A DNA stretch of 44,487 nt from a virus. Taxonomy: Duplodnaviria; Caudoviricetes. This document shows, one piece after another, positions 1 to 10,700 of the stretch. Position numbers and translations under genes: made by a program. The notes beneath the pieces were generated by a model. The model saw only the letters and a list, made by a program, of their open reading frames with translations. It was not told the DNA's origin and ran no database searches. Within the stretch, counting starts at the first letter, position 1, and each line of letters opens with the position of its first letter. The stretch is taken from positions 1-44,487 of IMG/VR virus record IMGVR_UViG_3300009678_000079; one strand, given 5' to 3'.

Positions 1-390
1 CAGTGGCTCCCCGCCAAAGACCACCAGGAAATGCTGGCGCGCATCACCTTCACCTCCGACCTGAAGTGGCTGTTCTCCATCTACGCAGCGCAACGGTTCT
101 GGGACGCGGCGGCGGTGGGGTGTATCAACTTGCTGCCGATGCGAACCCGCGATCAGGAGTTCTTCCCGCAGATGCTCGACTGTGAGCATTACATTTCCTA
201 TAAGAAGGATCTTGCTTGGCTTCCAGATATGTACATCTTCAGAGATATCTACTTCGGGGAGGATAGTTACAATGCAATCTCCGCCAACGCCCGCGCCCTC
301 TACGACCAGTGGATTAAGCCCGGCCGGTTCGCTTTGAACGAGAACCTCACGGCCCATATTTTCCAGCAAATTGAGAAACACTGCGCATGA
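1..390 (+). CDS. Glycosyltransferase C-terminal part (CgeB / Glyco_trans_1_2-like), 5'-truncated
   Basis: Frame is open from base 1. RFWDAAAVGC...EHYISY...ISANARALY resembles the R-x-F-E-A-x-A-x-G / IA-x-N-G tail of this family. Stop overlaps the next ATG (ATGA). Confidence 0.55.
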   Translation, partial: QWLPAKDHQEMLARITFTSDLKWLFSIYAAQRFWDAAAVGCINLLPMRTRDQEFFPQMLDCEHYISYKKDLAWLPDMYIFRDIYFGEDSYNAISANARALYDQWIKPGRFALNENLTAHIFQQIEKHCA

Positions 391-1079
391 CCATCAGTGA
401 TTTATTTCTCGGCCTTGAAAACGAACCAATGAAACTCCTCAACGTAGGCTGCGGAGGCAACAGGCCCCAAGACGAGCACTGGACCAACCTCGATCACCTG
501 AAGGACTTCCTGAAGGAAGGCACGCCCGAGCGCGCGAACCTCGACAAGGAGCCAAGATACGTCGAATACGATTTGGCGCGCAATCTTGATCCGGGCGACA
601 CGATGCCATTCCCTGATGCTGAATTCGATGGGCTGCTTTGCAGTCATGTGCTTGAGCACCTCGATTGCAATCAAGCGGTTGAAGTTTTAGAAGACTGCCG
701 CCGCATCCTCAAGCCCGGCGGACTACTCGTCGTCTCGGTTCCTGATGCGAACTATTTCCTCTCCGTCCACGACAGGGACAGGCCCGAGAACGCGGTGGAG
801 TTGTTCGGCGAGCCCATCCATGACAAGTGGCAGCCGGACTTTATGAGCTACGCGCTGTTTCACCGGGAGCACAGACAAGTGCTTACAGCTACCTCCTTGA
901 TATGCCTTCTTGTGCAAGCCGGATTCCTGATGGCGAACATCATCAACCTGGATAAACAGGTCGCGTATTACTCTGGCCGGTACTGCGAGCACGAAGTCTT
1001 CCCGTGCATCCGGCAGGTTATGAATCGGCGGGCGTTCAGTGCGGAGGTAGCCGCGATCAAGCCTTTGCCAGCACTATAA
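387..1079 (+). CDS. Class I SAM-dependent methyltransferase (Methyltransf_11-like)
   Basis: LLNVGCG motif I, MPFPDAEFD, SHVLEHL, RRILKPGGLLVVSVPD. Confidence 0.85.
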   Translation: MTISDLFLGLENEPMKLLNVGCGGNRPQDEHWTNLDHLKDFLKEGTPERANLDKEPRYVEYDLARNLDPGDTMPFPDAEFDGLLCSHVLEHLDCNQAVEVLEDCRRILKPGGLLVVSVPDANYFLSVHDRDRPENAVELFGEPIHDKWQPDFMSYALFHREHRQVLTATSLICLLVQAGFLMANIINLDKQVAYYSGRYCEHEVFPCIRQVMNRRAFSAEVAAIKPLPAL

Positions 1080-1725
1080 AGCCGCAGGATTTTGGGTGGC
1101 TCAGGGACGTTGGCTTCAAACCTGGCACATGCCAGCTACCCGTCAGCACCCAGGATTCTCCTGGAATCCTTCGCCGGAAGAAATCCATCCAGTCTTCCAG
1201 CGGCCAGCGGATTTTGTGCGTCACGTCCATGTCGTCCTCTTTGCGAACGTACTGGCCGCCGACGCGCTCCGTGAGGGGAACCATGATGAAGATGGAAATT
1301 CTCGCCGTTGCGTCCAGGAGACAGTGAGCCATCTGTATCAGCTCTACTGGTTCGAGATGTTCAGCCACGTCTTTCACCAAGACGTGATCGAACTGCGAAG
1401 GATCGCCCATCGTCACTGGAAACTTTTGATGCACGAACTCTTTGATCTCTGGATCGCAGTTCTGCACGGCCCACTCAGAGGTATCGTAACCCCAAGCGTT
1501 GATGCCCAACCGCCGCAGTGCCTTCACGGTGTAGCCGCGCGCGCAGCCCCAATCGAGAACGGTGTCGTTCTTCTCGATGCCGAGCACTTCGATCAACCGC
1601 CGAGCGTGCGCCATCGTGCGCTCCTCAAGCCACCTGTAATCGGTGTAGTTGGAGAGGCCCAACGAAGCTCCGCGAAGAAAGTAGTCCTCGGTGTAGGGCG
1701 ATTGCATGGTGTAGGGCGATTGCAT
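1057..1725 (-). CDS. Class I SAM-dependent methyltransferase (Methyltransf_23-like)
   Basis: VLDWGCARGY motif I, GYDTSEWA, FDHVLVKDVAEHL. Start reassigned to ATG 1725 (alternatively 1707), 1 nt after the radical SAM stop. Confidence 0.85.
   Translation of the reverse strand: MQSPYTMQSPYTEDYFLRGASLGLSNYTDYRWLEERTMAHARRLIEVLGIEKNDTVLDWGCARGYTVKALRRLGINAWGYDTSEWAVQNCDPEIKEFVHQKFPVTMGDPSQFDHVLVKDVAEHLEPVELIQMAHCLLDATARISIFIMVPLTERVGGQYVRKEDDMDVTHKIRWPLEDWMDFFRRRIPGESWVLTGSWHVPGLKPTSLSHPKSCGFIVLAKA
1690..1725. repeat. Perfect 18-bp tandem duplication (ggtgtagggcgattgcat x2) containing the start codon
   Basis: Copies at 1690-1707 and 1708-1725; encodes MQSPYT-MQSPYT on the minus strand. Confidence 0.95.
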
Positions 1726-1726
1726 T

Positions 1727-2863
1727 TCAGGTGAAGTTGACGTGTAGCGGAGGCGGCCCATCAGGTAGTGGCGCTGGCATTCCATCAGCAATCTTTGAGA
1801 TCAAGTCCACCTGGTCGCTGAAAACGCATCCAGGGCAGATGGTGTTCGAGACATTCGGCCTGATGGGTTCCGAGTAGAACTTGGTGATGTCCCGCATCCG
1901 ACAGATCCGCCACGCCGATCCAAATCTGTGGTGAGCACTGCGGTTCAGCACAACACTGTCGCACGGGTACACCCAGCCGTCACAGTTTGCGACCGGGTGA
2001 GGGTAGCCTTTGAGGCAACGATGCGGCTGCCTTGGCGGCTTCACTTGGACGAAAAATGTCTCAGGCCCGAGTTCATTAGCCAACTCCTGAAGAATCCGAG
2101 CGCGCTCCGGGATCAACTCTGGCTCCAGACAGTTCGGCAACAGGCGCACATAACTTGGCTTGTAACGATCCACCCACTCCTTCATCTGTTCCTTGAGCCT
2201 CGGCAGCCGGTCAGTGCCATACTGGACTCGGCCGTTCGGAGTCAGCACATCCTCCTGGGTTGAAACTCGCCCATGCTTCTTGTCGGCCGGCTCATCGTAG
2301 ATGTCGTGCAGAACGTACGAGCCTCCGAGCGTGGTCTTCGACGGATCAAGGTCTGGCGTGTCGCAGCGGTCCTGCAGATGATCCCAGCCGGCGAGAGAAA
2401 TCCTCACCCACTTCAGCATGTCCAGCGTTGACGGGCGGATGCCTTTCCAAGTTTTACGAGTCTCAAAATCTGGCGGGCGAATCCCGGAGGCGTAATCGAC
2501 GAGCGGCATCCCGTTCGTGATTAGTCCGATCTCCAGACCAAGCCCGTAGATGTACTCAACAAGCGAATTGAAATCGTGCTTGCCATCTCGAAAAAGGAGG
2601 GGGTTCCCTCCTCCACTCAGGATTACGGCCTTCAATCCCAAGTCCACAAGTTGCGTGAGATAGTCCTGAATCTCCAGCATCTTCAGCGAGTCGCCGGCCC
2701 TGTGCTGTACTGAGCAGAACGCGCACTTGAAATTGCAAACGTCCGTGGGCATGAGATGCGTGATAATCGGCATCCCTTTTCCATCCCTCAGCTTCTGCAT
2801 CGCCTCCTGGTGCCAGAAGAGTTTTGAACCGGTGCTGGTGAATTCTTGCAGGAGCGCAGCCAT
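1727..2863 (-). CDS. Radical SAM enzyme with SPASM/Twitch-type C-terminal domain
   Basis: CNFKCAFC (CxxxCxxC), LSGGGNP, LITNG; C-terminal CLKG...DGWVYPCD...CPGC. Confidence 0.92.
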   Translation of the reverse strand: MAALLQEFTSTGSKLFWHQEAMQKLRDGKGMPIITHLMPTDVCNFKCAFCSVQHRAGDSLKMLEIQDYLTQLVDLGLKAVILSGGGNPLLFRDGKHDFNSLVEYIYGLGLEIGLITNGMPLVDYASGIRPPDFETRKTWKGIRPSTLDMLKWVRISLAGWDHLQDRCDTPDLDPSKTTLGGSYVLHDIYDEPADKKHGRVSTQEDVLTPNGRVQYGTDRLPRLKEQMKEWVDRYKPSYVRLLPNCLEPELIPERARILQELANELGPETFFVQVKPPRQPHRCLKGYPHPVANCDGWVYPCDSVVLNRSAHHRFGSAWRICRMRDITKFYSEPIRPNVSNTICPGCVFSDQVDLISKIADGMPAPLPDGPPPLHVNFT

Positions 2864-2886
2864 GGGCGTAGACTTTCACGCCGACC

Positions 2887-2915
2887 TTGCTTTGCAAAGC
2901 GATTTCCAACAACAT
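2887..2915 (+). promoter_or_regulatory. Candidate sigma70-type promoter overlapped by a 12-bp palindrome, between divergent genes
   Basis: TTGCTT(2887)-17 nt-CAACAT(2910)-5 nt-ATG(2921); perfect palindrome GCTTTGCAAAGC at 2889-2900. Confidence 0.4.
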
Positions 2916-2920
2916 CCGCC

Positions 2921-3145
2921 ATGCTTTGCGGAAAATGTGGACATCAGATGCAGCGGCGGACGCACGTTGTCCAAGGCGGAGATCATGGCGTGATTGACGC
3001 GATGCTGCTGGGATCGAACATGGCTGGTCCGGTCAGCTTGGAGCTTCACACATGCTTTGGCTGCAACCATCGAGTCGTAGTCGAAAGTCAACCACAGCCC
3101 ATTAAACCACCCTTGGCTTGCACAGGTAGCGACGCAATTCAATAG
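2921..3145 (+). CDS. Small zinc-ribbon protein (74 aa), antisense to flanking genes
   Basis: MLCGKCGHQM...HTCFGCNH, two CxxC pairs; start reassigned to ATG 2921. Confidence 0.55.
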   Translation: MLCGKCGHQMQRRTHVVQGGDHGVIDAMLLGSNMAGPVSLELHTCFGCNHRVVVESQPQPIKPPLACTGSDAIQ

Positions 3146-3881
3146 CGCCCCACTCTCGACAGTCAAACGCCCCGCCAATTCCGTGTTCACTCCCCAGATT
3201 CTTGTAATCCTCCGAGCTGTGCTGGTGCCGTCGTAAGTATATCGGGTCAGCCGGATCTACCGGGTTCGTCAACTCCTGAATCTTCGCCGTCCGCCCCGGA
3301 AACTTTCGGCTGTGAAGATCGTCCACTGCCGCCTCGATGAACGCAGCCCATTGGACAGTCTCTGTTCTCAGGCGATGGCGGTACATCTCCAGGAGTTCCT
3401 GCGCCGAGATGCTACCCACACGGATCATCACCACGTCGGAGAGAATGCTGAATAACGCGAAGCTCCTCGACGCCTTGCTGGCATGTCCGTTGACGTACGA
3501 CATCTGCCCCGGTGTCGCGACCATGATGTTCGGGTCGCTGAAGGTTTTTCGTATTACATCAATGCTCTCCGGCTTTCGGAAGATGAATCGCTGGGAAACT
3601 TTCACTGCCACGTCCGCGCCTTGACTCTCAGCGAAGACCAGCGCGTTGACGAGCGATTGGAAATCCCCACTGAAGTGTCCCTTGCGTATCCGCGTTGGCA
3701 GGTACTGCGCGCAGTGCTGACTTGCGTGCGATGCTATCCCTCGACTCTCCGGGCTCACATCATCGCTCACCAGTATCGGCGATTCCGGAGTGAGCTTCCG
3801 AAGCTGCTTGAGCCCGAGGTGAACGAAGTCGCATAATCTATAGCTGCTAATCGTAAATGCCAGTGTTACCATCTCCGCCAT
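3102..3881 (-). CDS. Putative GT-A fold (GT2-like) glycosyltransferase
   Basis: N-terminal FTISSYR..., ILVSDD, RKGHFSG pattern like GT2 nucleotide-sugar domains; the usual DxD position reads SQR, so it is divergent; start ATG 3881 or 3872. Confidence 0.5.
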   Translation of the reverse strand: MAEMVTLAFTISSYRLCDFVHLGLKQLRKLTPESPILVSDDVSPESRGIASHASQHCAQYLPTRIRKGHFSGDFQSLVNALVFAESQGADVAVKVSQRFIFRKPESIDVIRKTFSDPNIMVATPGQMSYVNGHASKASRSFALFSILSDVVMIRVGSISAQELLEMYRHRLRTETVQWAAFIEAAVDDLHSRKFPGRTAKIQELTNPVDPADPIYLRRHQHSSEDYKNLGSEHGIGGAFDCREWGAIELRRYLCKPRVV

Positions 3882-4113
3882 GAAATCATCGCGCCGCAAA
3901 CAACTCCATGAAAAAGTCCGTGATGTTGAAGATGCGTGGCCTCCGGGACCGAAAACCTACAAACGTGGGTTGAGTAGGGCCTTGCGAATATGCGACTTGC
4001 TGCACGACGAAATTGTGCGGTATCGACTCGACGGACTTTTGGATCTGGGAGAAGGTCATGCAGCCCGATGGAGACGAGTTTCAATGTGGGTGGCCACAAG
4101 TGTTGCACCGTAG
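3880..4113 (+). CDS. Hypothetical protein (77 aa), antisense filler gene
   Basis: Fills a 200-bp gap between two minus-strand genes; helical protein-like composition. Confidence 0.4.
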   Translation: MKSSRRKQLHEKVRDVEDAWPPGPKTYKRGLSRALRICDLLHDEIVRYRLDGLLDLGEGHAARWRRVSMWVATSVAP

Positions 4114-4725
4114 TCCTTCTGGAGTCACGATAACCCAATAGCCACACTTAACGCAGCCTTGAGTCAGGAATTTTACGCCTCCGCACAAGCATTGCTGCGG
4201 GTCTGGCATCGGTGGCCGCACTCTGGACTGGCAAGTAGGGCAAGGCGGCCAAGCCTGAAGTTCTTCATGGAGTCTGCGCTCTTCGCGCTTCTTTGCCAGC
4301 CATTCTGCATACCGCCGCTTCGTATCCTCCTCGTCAAGTCTTGCCCGTTCTTGCCGTTCGACATCATTCCTTGCCTGCTGCCTCTTCCATTGCGCCTCAG
4401 CTTTTTTTCTGGCTGCCCTCTCCTTGCCAAGGCGCTTGCTCTCCCTGTCGCGCATCCGAGCCAACGCGGTTCTCTTTGCATCTTTTATCCATTCCCTAGA
4501 CGCGGCTGGAAACTTCTGACAACGGTCGCGGAAGTCCAGCGTCCTTAGAATTCCGTCTAGCTCTCCGTTTCGGATCGCGTTCTCCAATGACCTGAGTCCA
4601 ATCCAAGAGTTATCGACGTGGATGTTTTCCGGCTCTGGCTTGTAGTCATCCGGCCGGACATCTACGTACTCTGGATCGGGATCGAAATGCCGTTCCGCAA
4701 TGAATCTGTCCAATGTGGGGAACAT
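4081..4725 (-). CDS. Charged coiled-coil protein with C-terminal multi-CxxC zinc finger (214 aa)
   Basis: Start reassigned to ATG 4725, 2 nt after the upstream stop; R/K/E-rich helix then CPTC, CLC, CVKC, CNTC. Confidence 0.65.
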   Translation of the reverse strand: MFPTLDRFIAERHFDPDPEYVDVRPDDYKPEPENIHVDNSWIGLRSLENAIRNGELDGILRTLDFRDRCQKFPAASREWIKDAKRTALARMRDRESKRLGKERAARKKAEAQWKRQQARNDVERQERARLDEEDTKRRYAEWLAKKREERRLHEELQAWPPCPTCQSRVRPPMPDPQQCLCGGVKFLTQGCVKCGYWVIVTPEGLRCNTCGHPH

Positions 4726-4727
4726 TG

Positions 4728-7700
4728 CTAAACGCCCGCAGCCTGCCTCCGTCTCCTTCTCCGCGCAAGCCCAAGCCGCCTGCGCCCCGGCGAAATCCTC
4801 GGGGTCCGGATGCGCGGCCCGGCGAGCCTTCGCAGTCTCGGTCTGCGTATCCGCCCCACTCCAATCCGCCGTCTCCGCAGACCCGGCACCCGCACCGAAG
4901 GAACCCGCCCCGCTGAAATCCTCGGTCGGCGGAAGGAAACCGGACGTACCCCACCAACGCCGCGTATCCCACCCACACCGATTCGTCTCCCTCTCGGAAT
5001 CATGGATGGAACTCCAGCCAACCCGCCCCTGAACCCGCCACCACCACCTCGACTCGCCGCCACATCCTCCCGCGTTATCGGCGCCGCCCGGCCAAAAAGC
5101 TCCCGCGCCCCCGCCTGCCAAGCCGCGATACCGGCATCCACAGCCTTGGCCCGGTCTCCGGTAATCGCCCCGCGAATCGAATCCCACTCGGCCTTCGTCG
5201 GCCGCTTGCCCAGCATCCCAGCCACCGCCGGGTTCAGCTCCTGATAATCCCGCCAGAGGTCTTGCCGCGCCTTGTAAACCGCCGCCTCGGGAGTTGCGCC
5301 GCCCTTCACGTACTTCGCCGTGTAGTAATCCTCCAACTTCTTGAGTTCAACCTTGGCGTTCTCCAGCGCCTGAGCCGCGCCAGCCGAATCTCCGGCCTGT
5401 TGTTTCTCCCAAAATCTCGATACCGCATCGGTGAGATTCCGGCGCACCACGGTCGTCGGCCCATACTGCGGCCCAGTGAACGGCTGCGCCCGGCGCTCCG
5501 GCAGGAGGTCTTGCACCTGCGCTTCTCCCATGATGATGCGCTGCCCCTGCTTTATCGCCCCGACGCTCTGGCCAAAGGCATTTTCTAACTCTGTAACCCA
5601 AGGCACCAAGCTGCGGCCCATATCCGCCCAGGGCGTGAGTTTGTCCCTAACGCTACCTTGGGTGACAAACATGCCCCTCAGCGCGCCAAGAGCCCTTTGG
5701 GCGATGGAGATCGGGAACACCCGTCCCACAGGATCAAAACCCCGATTCCCGGAGACCTCCCCGCGTATCGCCAGTATCAAATCGCCGAGGTAAAACAACT
5801 GCGCCAGCGACAGCCTCGCCGTCCCATCGCCCCATCGCTTCAAGGAGGTGTAGAAGTCCCCATCCAAAGGTGTCGGCAACGACGGCGCCCGCCCCCTCAC
5901 CCGCTTCTCCCACTCCCCGGTCAATGCCCCCACCACGTAGCCGATGAGCACCGACATCAACGCAAGCCCGCCGAGCACCGGCAGCTTCGCCATAATCGTG
6001 GCGATTGCAGTCCTATCCCTCGAACCGCCCATGAAGACATTGATGAGCTTCAGCATCCCGTCCGAGACGTACCCTTGGAGTGTTAACAAGTTCCGAATAA
6101 CGTTGTTTCCGGCCGCCGCAGAACTTCGATTCGCAGGTGTCGAAGCATTGAATTGAGCGAGTAATCCTCTCTGCATCGCATCGAACTGGCGGTCTGTGAA
6201 TAACCTTGCCGGCCCCGCCTTGGCCTTCTGATAGTATTCCCACAGATTCTTCTCCAGTTGAAATCCCTCAGCCGAGGCTGCCTGCTCCATGAACAACCGG
6301 AACAACCCAAGCGAATCCCGGTTCGCCTGCTCTCCCTTGAACGCCGACCACTCATCAGGCTTTAACATCCACGCCGGATTCGTCGGATCGAACGTCATTA
6401 AGCCTTGGCGTTCCCTCTCGGCGCCGTAGTTTATCGCCACCTCTTGAAGTCTCTTCTCCAACATCGTCGCGTACGTCAGCAGGGCGGCATTGATCGTAAG
6501 GTCTGATTCCTGCACCCCAATCGTATCGAACAACGCCCGCAACGCACTGTGGGGAACGCCGAGGAGCTTCCCAACCTGCCGCCCAAGGAGCTTCGTCTTT
6601 CCGAGTTCCTCTACCTGCGTTGACTCCGCGCTCGCCTGCCAAATCCGCCTCATTCTCTCAAGGAATCCGTCCCGAGTATCGAAGCCAAGCTCATGGACGC
6701 GATCCGCTGAGGCCCTGAAATCCCGGTTTCCAAGTATCCCGGCAATCGTTTCGACGAGCTTTTTGAAAATGTCATAGTTCTGCCCCGTCAGGAATGCCTG
6801 GCCAAGATCCGCCCGCTTCGCCAGTCCATGCCCAATGTGCAGCGCGTAGCGGATTAACGTCTTCGGCATTTGAAGCAACGCCTGTCCGAACATCATCCGC
6901 TCCCCGCCGATCCCCATCGCCCGGCTCATGGCGTACACCTCTGTTTGCCCTTGTACCATGTTACGCAGGTTCACCGTCGGCAGGGCTAAGACGGCGGAGG
7001 TAAGTAATCCGGTGGCCTCCCGAAACCATCCGCCCTGCGTCAACGCCGGACTCCCCATTTTGTAGGCGTTCTCGAAATCGTTCTGAATCTTCTCCAGCAA
7101 TCCAAGAACCTGCTTCGCCTCCTCCACGGTGCCGCCGAAGAATGCTTCCTTCTCGGTCATTTCCCCGTTGCGATGGTCTTCCAACCGCTGCTGAAGTTCG
7201 GCCCTGGCCCGCTGCACCGCCGTGGCGTAGGCAACGATCCTTTCATGGTTCGCCCGGCTCTGAATCAGGATGTGGTCCGTATCCGTAAGCGCCCCGTAGT
7301 CGTAAAGCTCCGAAGGCAGCTCCAGATTCGCCGCCGGCCTGGTAAACTCATTGTCCGCCGTGAATGAAATCTGAACCTTCGATGTGCGCGCCGCATCTTT
7401 CTCGGCTTTGTCCGACTCAATGCGCGCCGCCGCATCCCGATACTGCATGAGTTCGTTGTTCAACCCCTTCACCACCTGCTCCCGGATGTTCAGGCCGGGC
7501 GCCGATGGGAAATGTTTCACGAGTTCCGTGACGAGTTCATCCACGGACTGTATCGGCGGAACCCCGTTCACCATCCAATCAGCCGCCGCCGTCCGCTCCG
7601 CCTGCGCCATCATGGGATCTAACCTCATCGCCCGATCCTGCCGCGTTGAATCCAACACATGCTGCGTGAGCTGCTTCGTTCTCTGATTCCAAAACTGGAC

Positions 7701-10700
7701 CACCGGATTCGCGCTGCTCACACCGAGGTCTGTGGAAACATCGAAGCCGCCACCATCCCCGTACGCGCTCAGCACGCGGGCGATGAAGGCAATCGCCTTA
7801 CGGTTGAGGTGCCTCGGCAGCCCGAGATCCCCGACGTAGGCACCGGGCCGCACCAGATCCCTTGTTCCTTTCCTCACCCGGACACCCAAGACCGGCGTTG
7901 TCTCAGTGACATTCCGCCGCAGATCCTCCTCGTACTCGGTTTCCCGCTTCAACAAAGCCAAGTCCTCGGCAGTCACGGCACGGCCGGACCCAGGCAGAAC
8001 AAATCCAACACGCAACGGACTGCCGAAGATTCTTCCCCAGTGCGCCAATTCGTTCCAGAACTCCCGGTACAACGCTTGGTTCATCTGGACCTCGGGGTGA
8101 GATTTCATCGCCGCGTGCCGAAGCGCCGGAACGTCCCGATATTTTTGACTCACCGACCTTGCGATGAGAAAGTGGTTGATCCAATCCCCAAGCCTTGAAC
8201 GCAGATCCACACCGACATTCCCGCCGACCATCTTCGCCACGAAATCATGCTGCCGGAACCACGACGCCTTGTTCATCACCCGCACCAACCACGGCACCTT
8301 CCAGCGGGAACCCGGATCTTGAACGCTCAACTCCAAGGCCGAACCCGCAACGCTCCGGCTCACCGCATTCCTGAGCCCGCGTATCGTCGGCAGGTCAAAG
8401 CCGAGCGATGAAGGCGAAGGATTGTTTTGCGGGTCCGACTCATAGAGCGCCGCCGCCGCATCGTAGGCATCGAGATGTTCCTGCGCCGCCCTTCTCCATT
8501 TCCAAATCCGAAGATTATCCTCCGCCTTTAGCGCGGGACTGTCCCCGGCGCCGAGTTTCAACTCGGGATGCGACGGCAGTCCCTTCGCCCCAAAAGCCCG
8601 CAGCGTCCGCGACGTATTGTTCGCCACGTCCATCGGGTCCGTTAAACCCCATTTAGAGTTACTGACGGCATCCCGGAGTTGACGGTACTCCGGAGACGCC
8701 GCCAGCTCATTGAACATCGCAACACCCTCATCGAGGGCCTGACGTTCAATATCCAAGGCTTCAAGTTCCCGCAGATTTTGCCGCTGCGACGATGCGGCCA
8801 GCGAAGCTCTCTGTTTCGCATTCACAATCATCGCCTGCGCCGCCGCGTTCGCCGCTTCCGTTTCTCCCTGTTGTAAGAGGCTTTGAATCTGTTCAAGTTG
8901 TACAATCGGTAAGTTTGCGAGCTTCTTGTCCGCCGAGTTAACCAGCGTCACCACGGCCGAGCCAAACGCCGGGCTCTTCTTCACCTCGGCCAGAATCATC
9001 GCCAAGGTGTTCACATCGACGCCCAATGCGGCCGCCTGCTGGGCATTAACAACAGGAGTCGGCGCCGTAGGGTTTGTTAACCAATCGAACAACGCTCCAT
9101 TTGTCTCCAAGTTGCTCCCGAGTTTCAGCGCAAAGTTCCGAATCGCCGTGACGCGCTCCTTTAGCACTTGTGCCGTGGCCTGGCTTTGTAGCGTTCCAGT
9201 TCCTCCGCTCTCCCCATCCAACGCCGCGAGCACATCGGCAATCAACACCTCCGCCATGCCTTCTTTTACCTTCGTATCGGCAATGGCGCTCGTTAACCTC
9301 GCCACGCCCTTATTAATCTCTGTTGACCGCGAGTCTCTCAGCGCCACCATCATCTCCCGCTGAATATCGAAATCCTCGAACGCCTCGCCCAGCCGCGCGA
9401 AGGCCGATGCGCGTTGTTCGTCGGTGAGATCCTTCCCGGAAAGAATCGCCTGCCGCACGTCCTCCGGCAGTGTCAACCAGCCTTTCGCTTCCTCGGTGAG
9501 TCTGGCGAGTTCTTCCGGGTTCGTGGCTGAGGCTTTAAGAGCCTCCGAAATCGCATGTCCCTGTAGAGCCTTCTCAAGGAAACCTCGATACCCGCCAACC
9601 TGCCGGCCAAAAAACTCACTGACTGGTCCAAGTCCGAGAGCCTGCCGTTGAGCGATAAGCCCCGGTCGCTGCGCTTCCGCTGCTTCGATTTCATTCGTTC
9701 GTTCTCCCATGGTTTTCCCGTTCCACTGCGCTTCGCTGAGGACTGTAGCCTGAGCCGAAAGTTTATTGATGCGGTCCTGAATCTTCGCAATCTCCGCCTC
9801 CTCCACGCCGAGGGCCTCGTAGTAGGTAATCGCCCGTTGCAGTAGATCGATCTGCCCCCGCAGGTTCTTCAGCCGATGCGCCTCCTTCTCAAAGTAAACC
9901 TCGCCCTGCATCGCCTTGGTGTTCTCGGGGTTTGGAGCTTCACCTCCCACCAGCAACTTATTCAGGAACTCATCGCCAACGACGACCCCTCCATCCACGA
10001 TCCCAACGCCCTCATCAGGGTCCGGGAACATCGCCGGATTATCCTCAAGGCTCAGCCCCTCCTGGAATAATCTGCCAGTGGCCAGTTCAGTAAGCCTTCG
10101 CAGCTCCGCCCGCGCCGCCTTGTACTGCCGCCGCTCGTAAGCCAGTCGTTCAAGCTGCGTTCCCGCCGCCTCTCGCTTCGAGTAAGCCTCCTCCGCGACC
10201 CGCCCGAGCTGCGCTGCGGCTCCAGCGACTTGCACGCCTTGGATGGGGGCGGGCAGTGGTTCGGCTTTGGCCTCCTCGACTCTCCGATTTGCAAGCCTGA
10301 CCCGTTCACGCAGTCGGTTTGGCCCAACATCCGTTGTGTGACCAATCAGGACGCGATTATTCCTGTCCGGGCTCACTGACCAGCCGAGCGACAGTAGTTG
10401 CTGCCGCTCCTCTGGGGTCAGCCGATTCCATTCGTCATTGATGTCAACCTTGAATGGCGCTCCTTGGGCATCGGCCTCGGTCAGCCTCTGCCGCAGCGTG
10501 TCGCCAACCCACCGTGGTATGACCCCAAGTCTCAACTGCGACCCTGACGCCACCGCCTCGGTGGCAATCCTCTGATTATTTGCAGCCTTGAGATTTGCTT
10601 TTAGCTCAGCCTTGGTCTGGCCATGCACTGTCTGCATCGGAGACTCCAGCCATACAACAAAGCGGGGAAAGTCTGTGCTAGTGTCAGATGGTGAAGCCCG

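Noticed and set aside
2876-3190. Minus-strand 104-aa ORF, and ATG-GGC-TGT-GGT-TGA at 3102 as possible recoded TGA or selenocysteine
   Set aside because: Further stops follow in that frame, the plus-strand zinc-ribbon frame is more protein-like, and TGA, TAG and TAA all terminate genes normally elsewhere
4726-5187. N-terminal extension of the 368-aa ORF 4081-5187, and similar extensions at 14594, 27866, 39973 and 40488
   Set aside because: They overlap upstream genes; downstream ATGs close to the upstream stops give better starts
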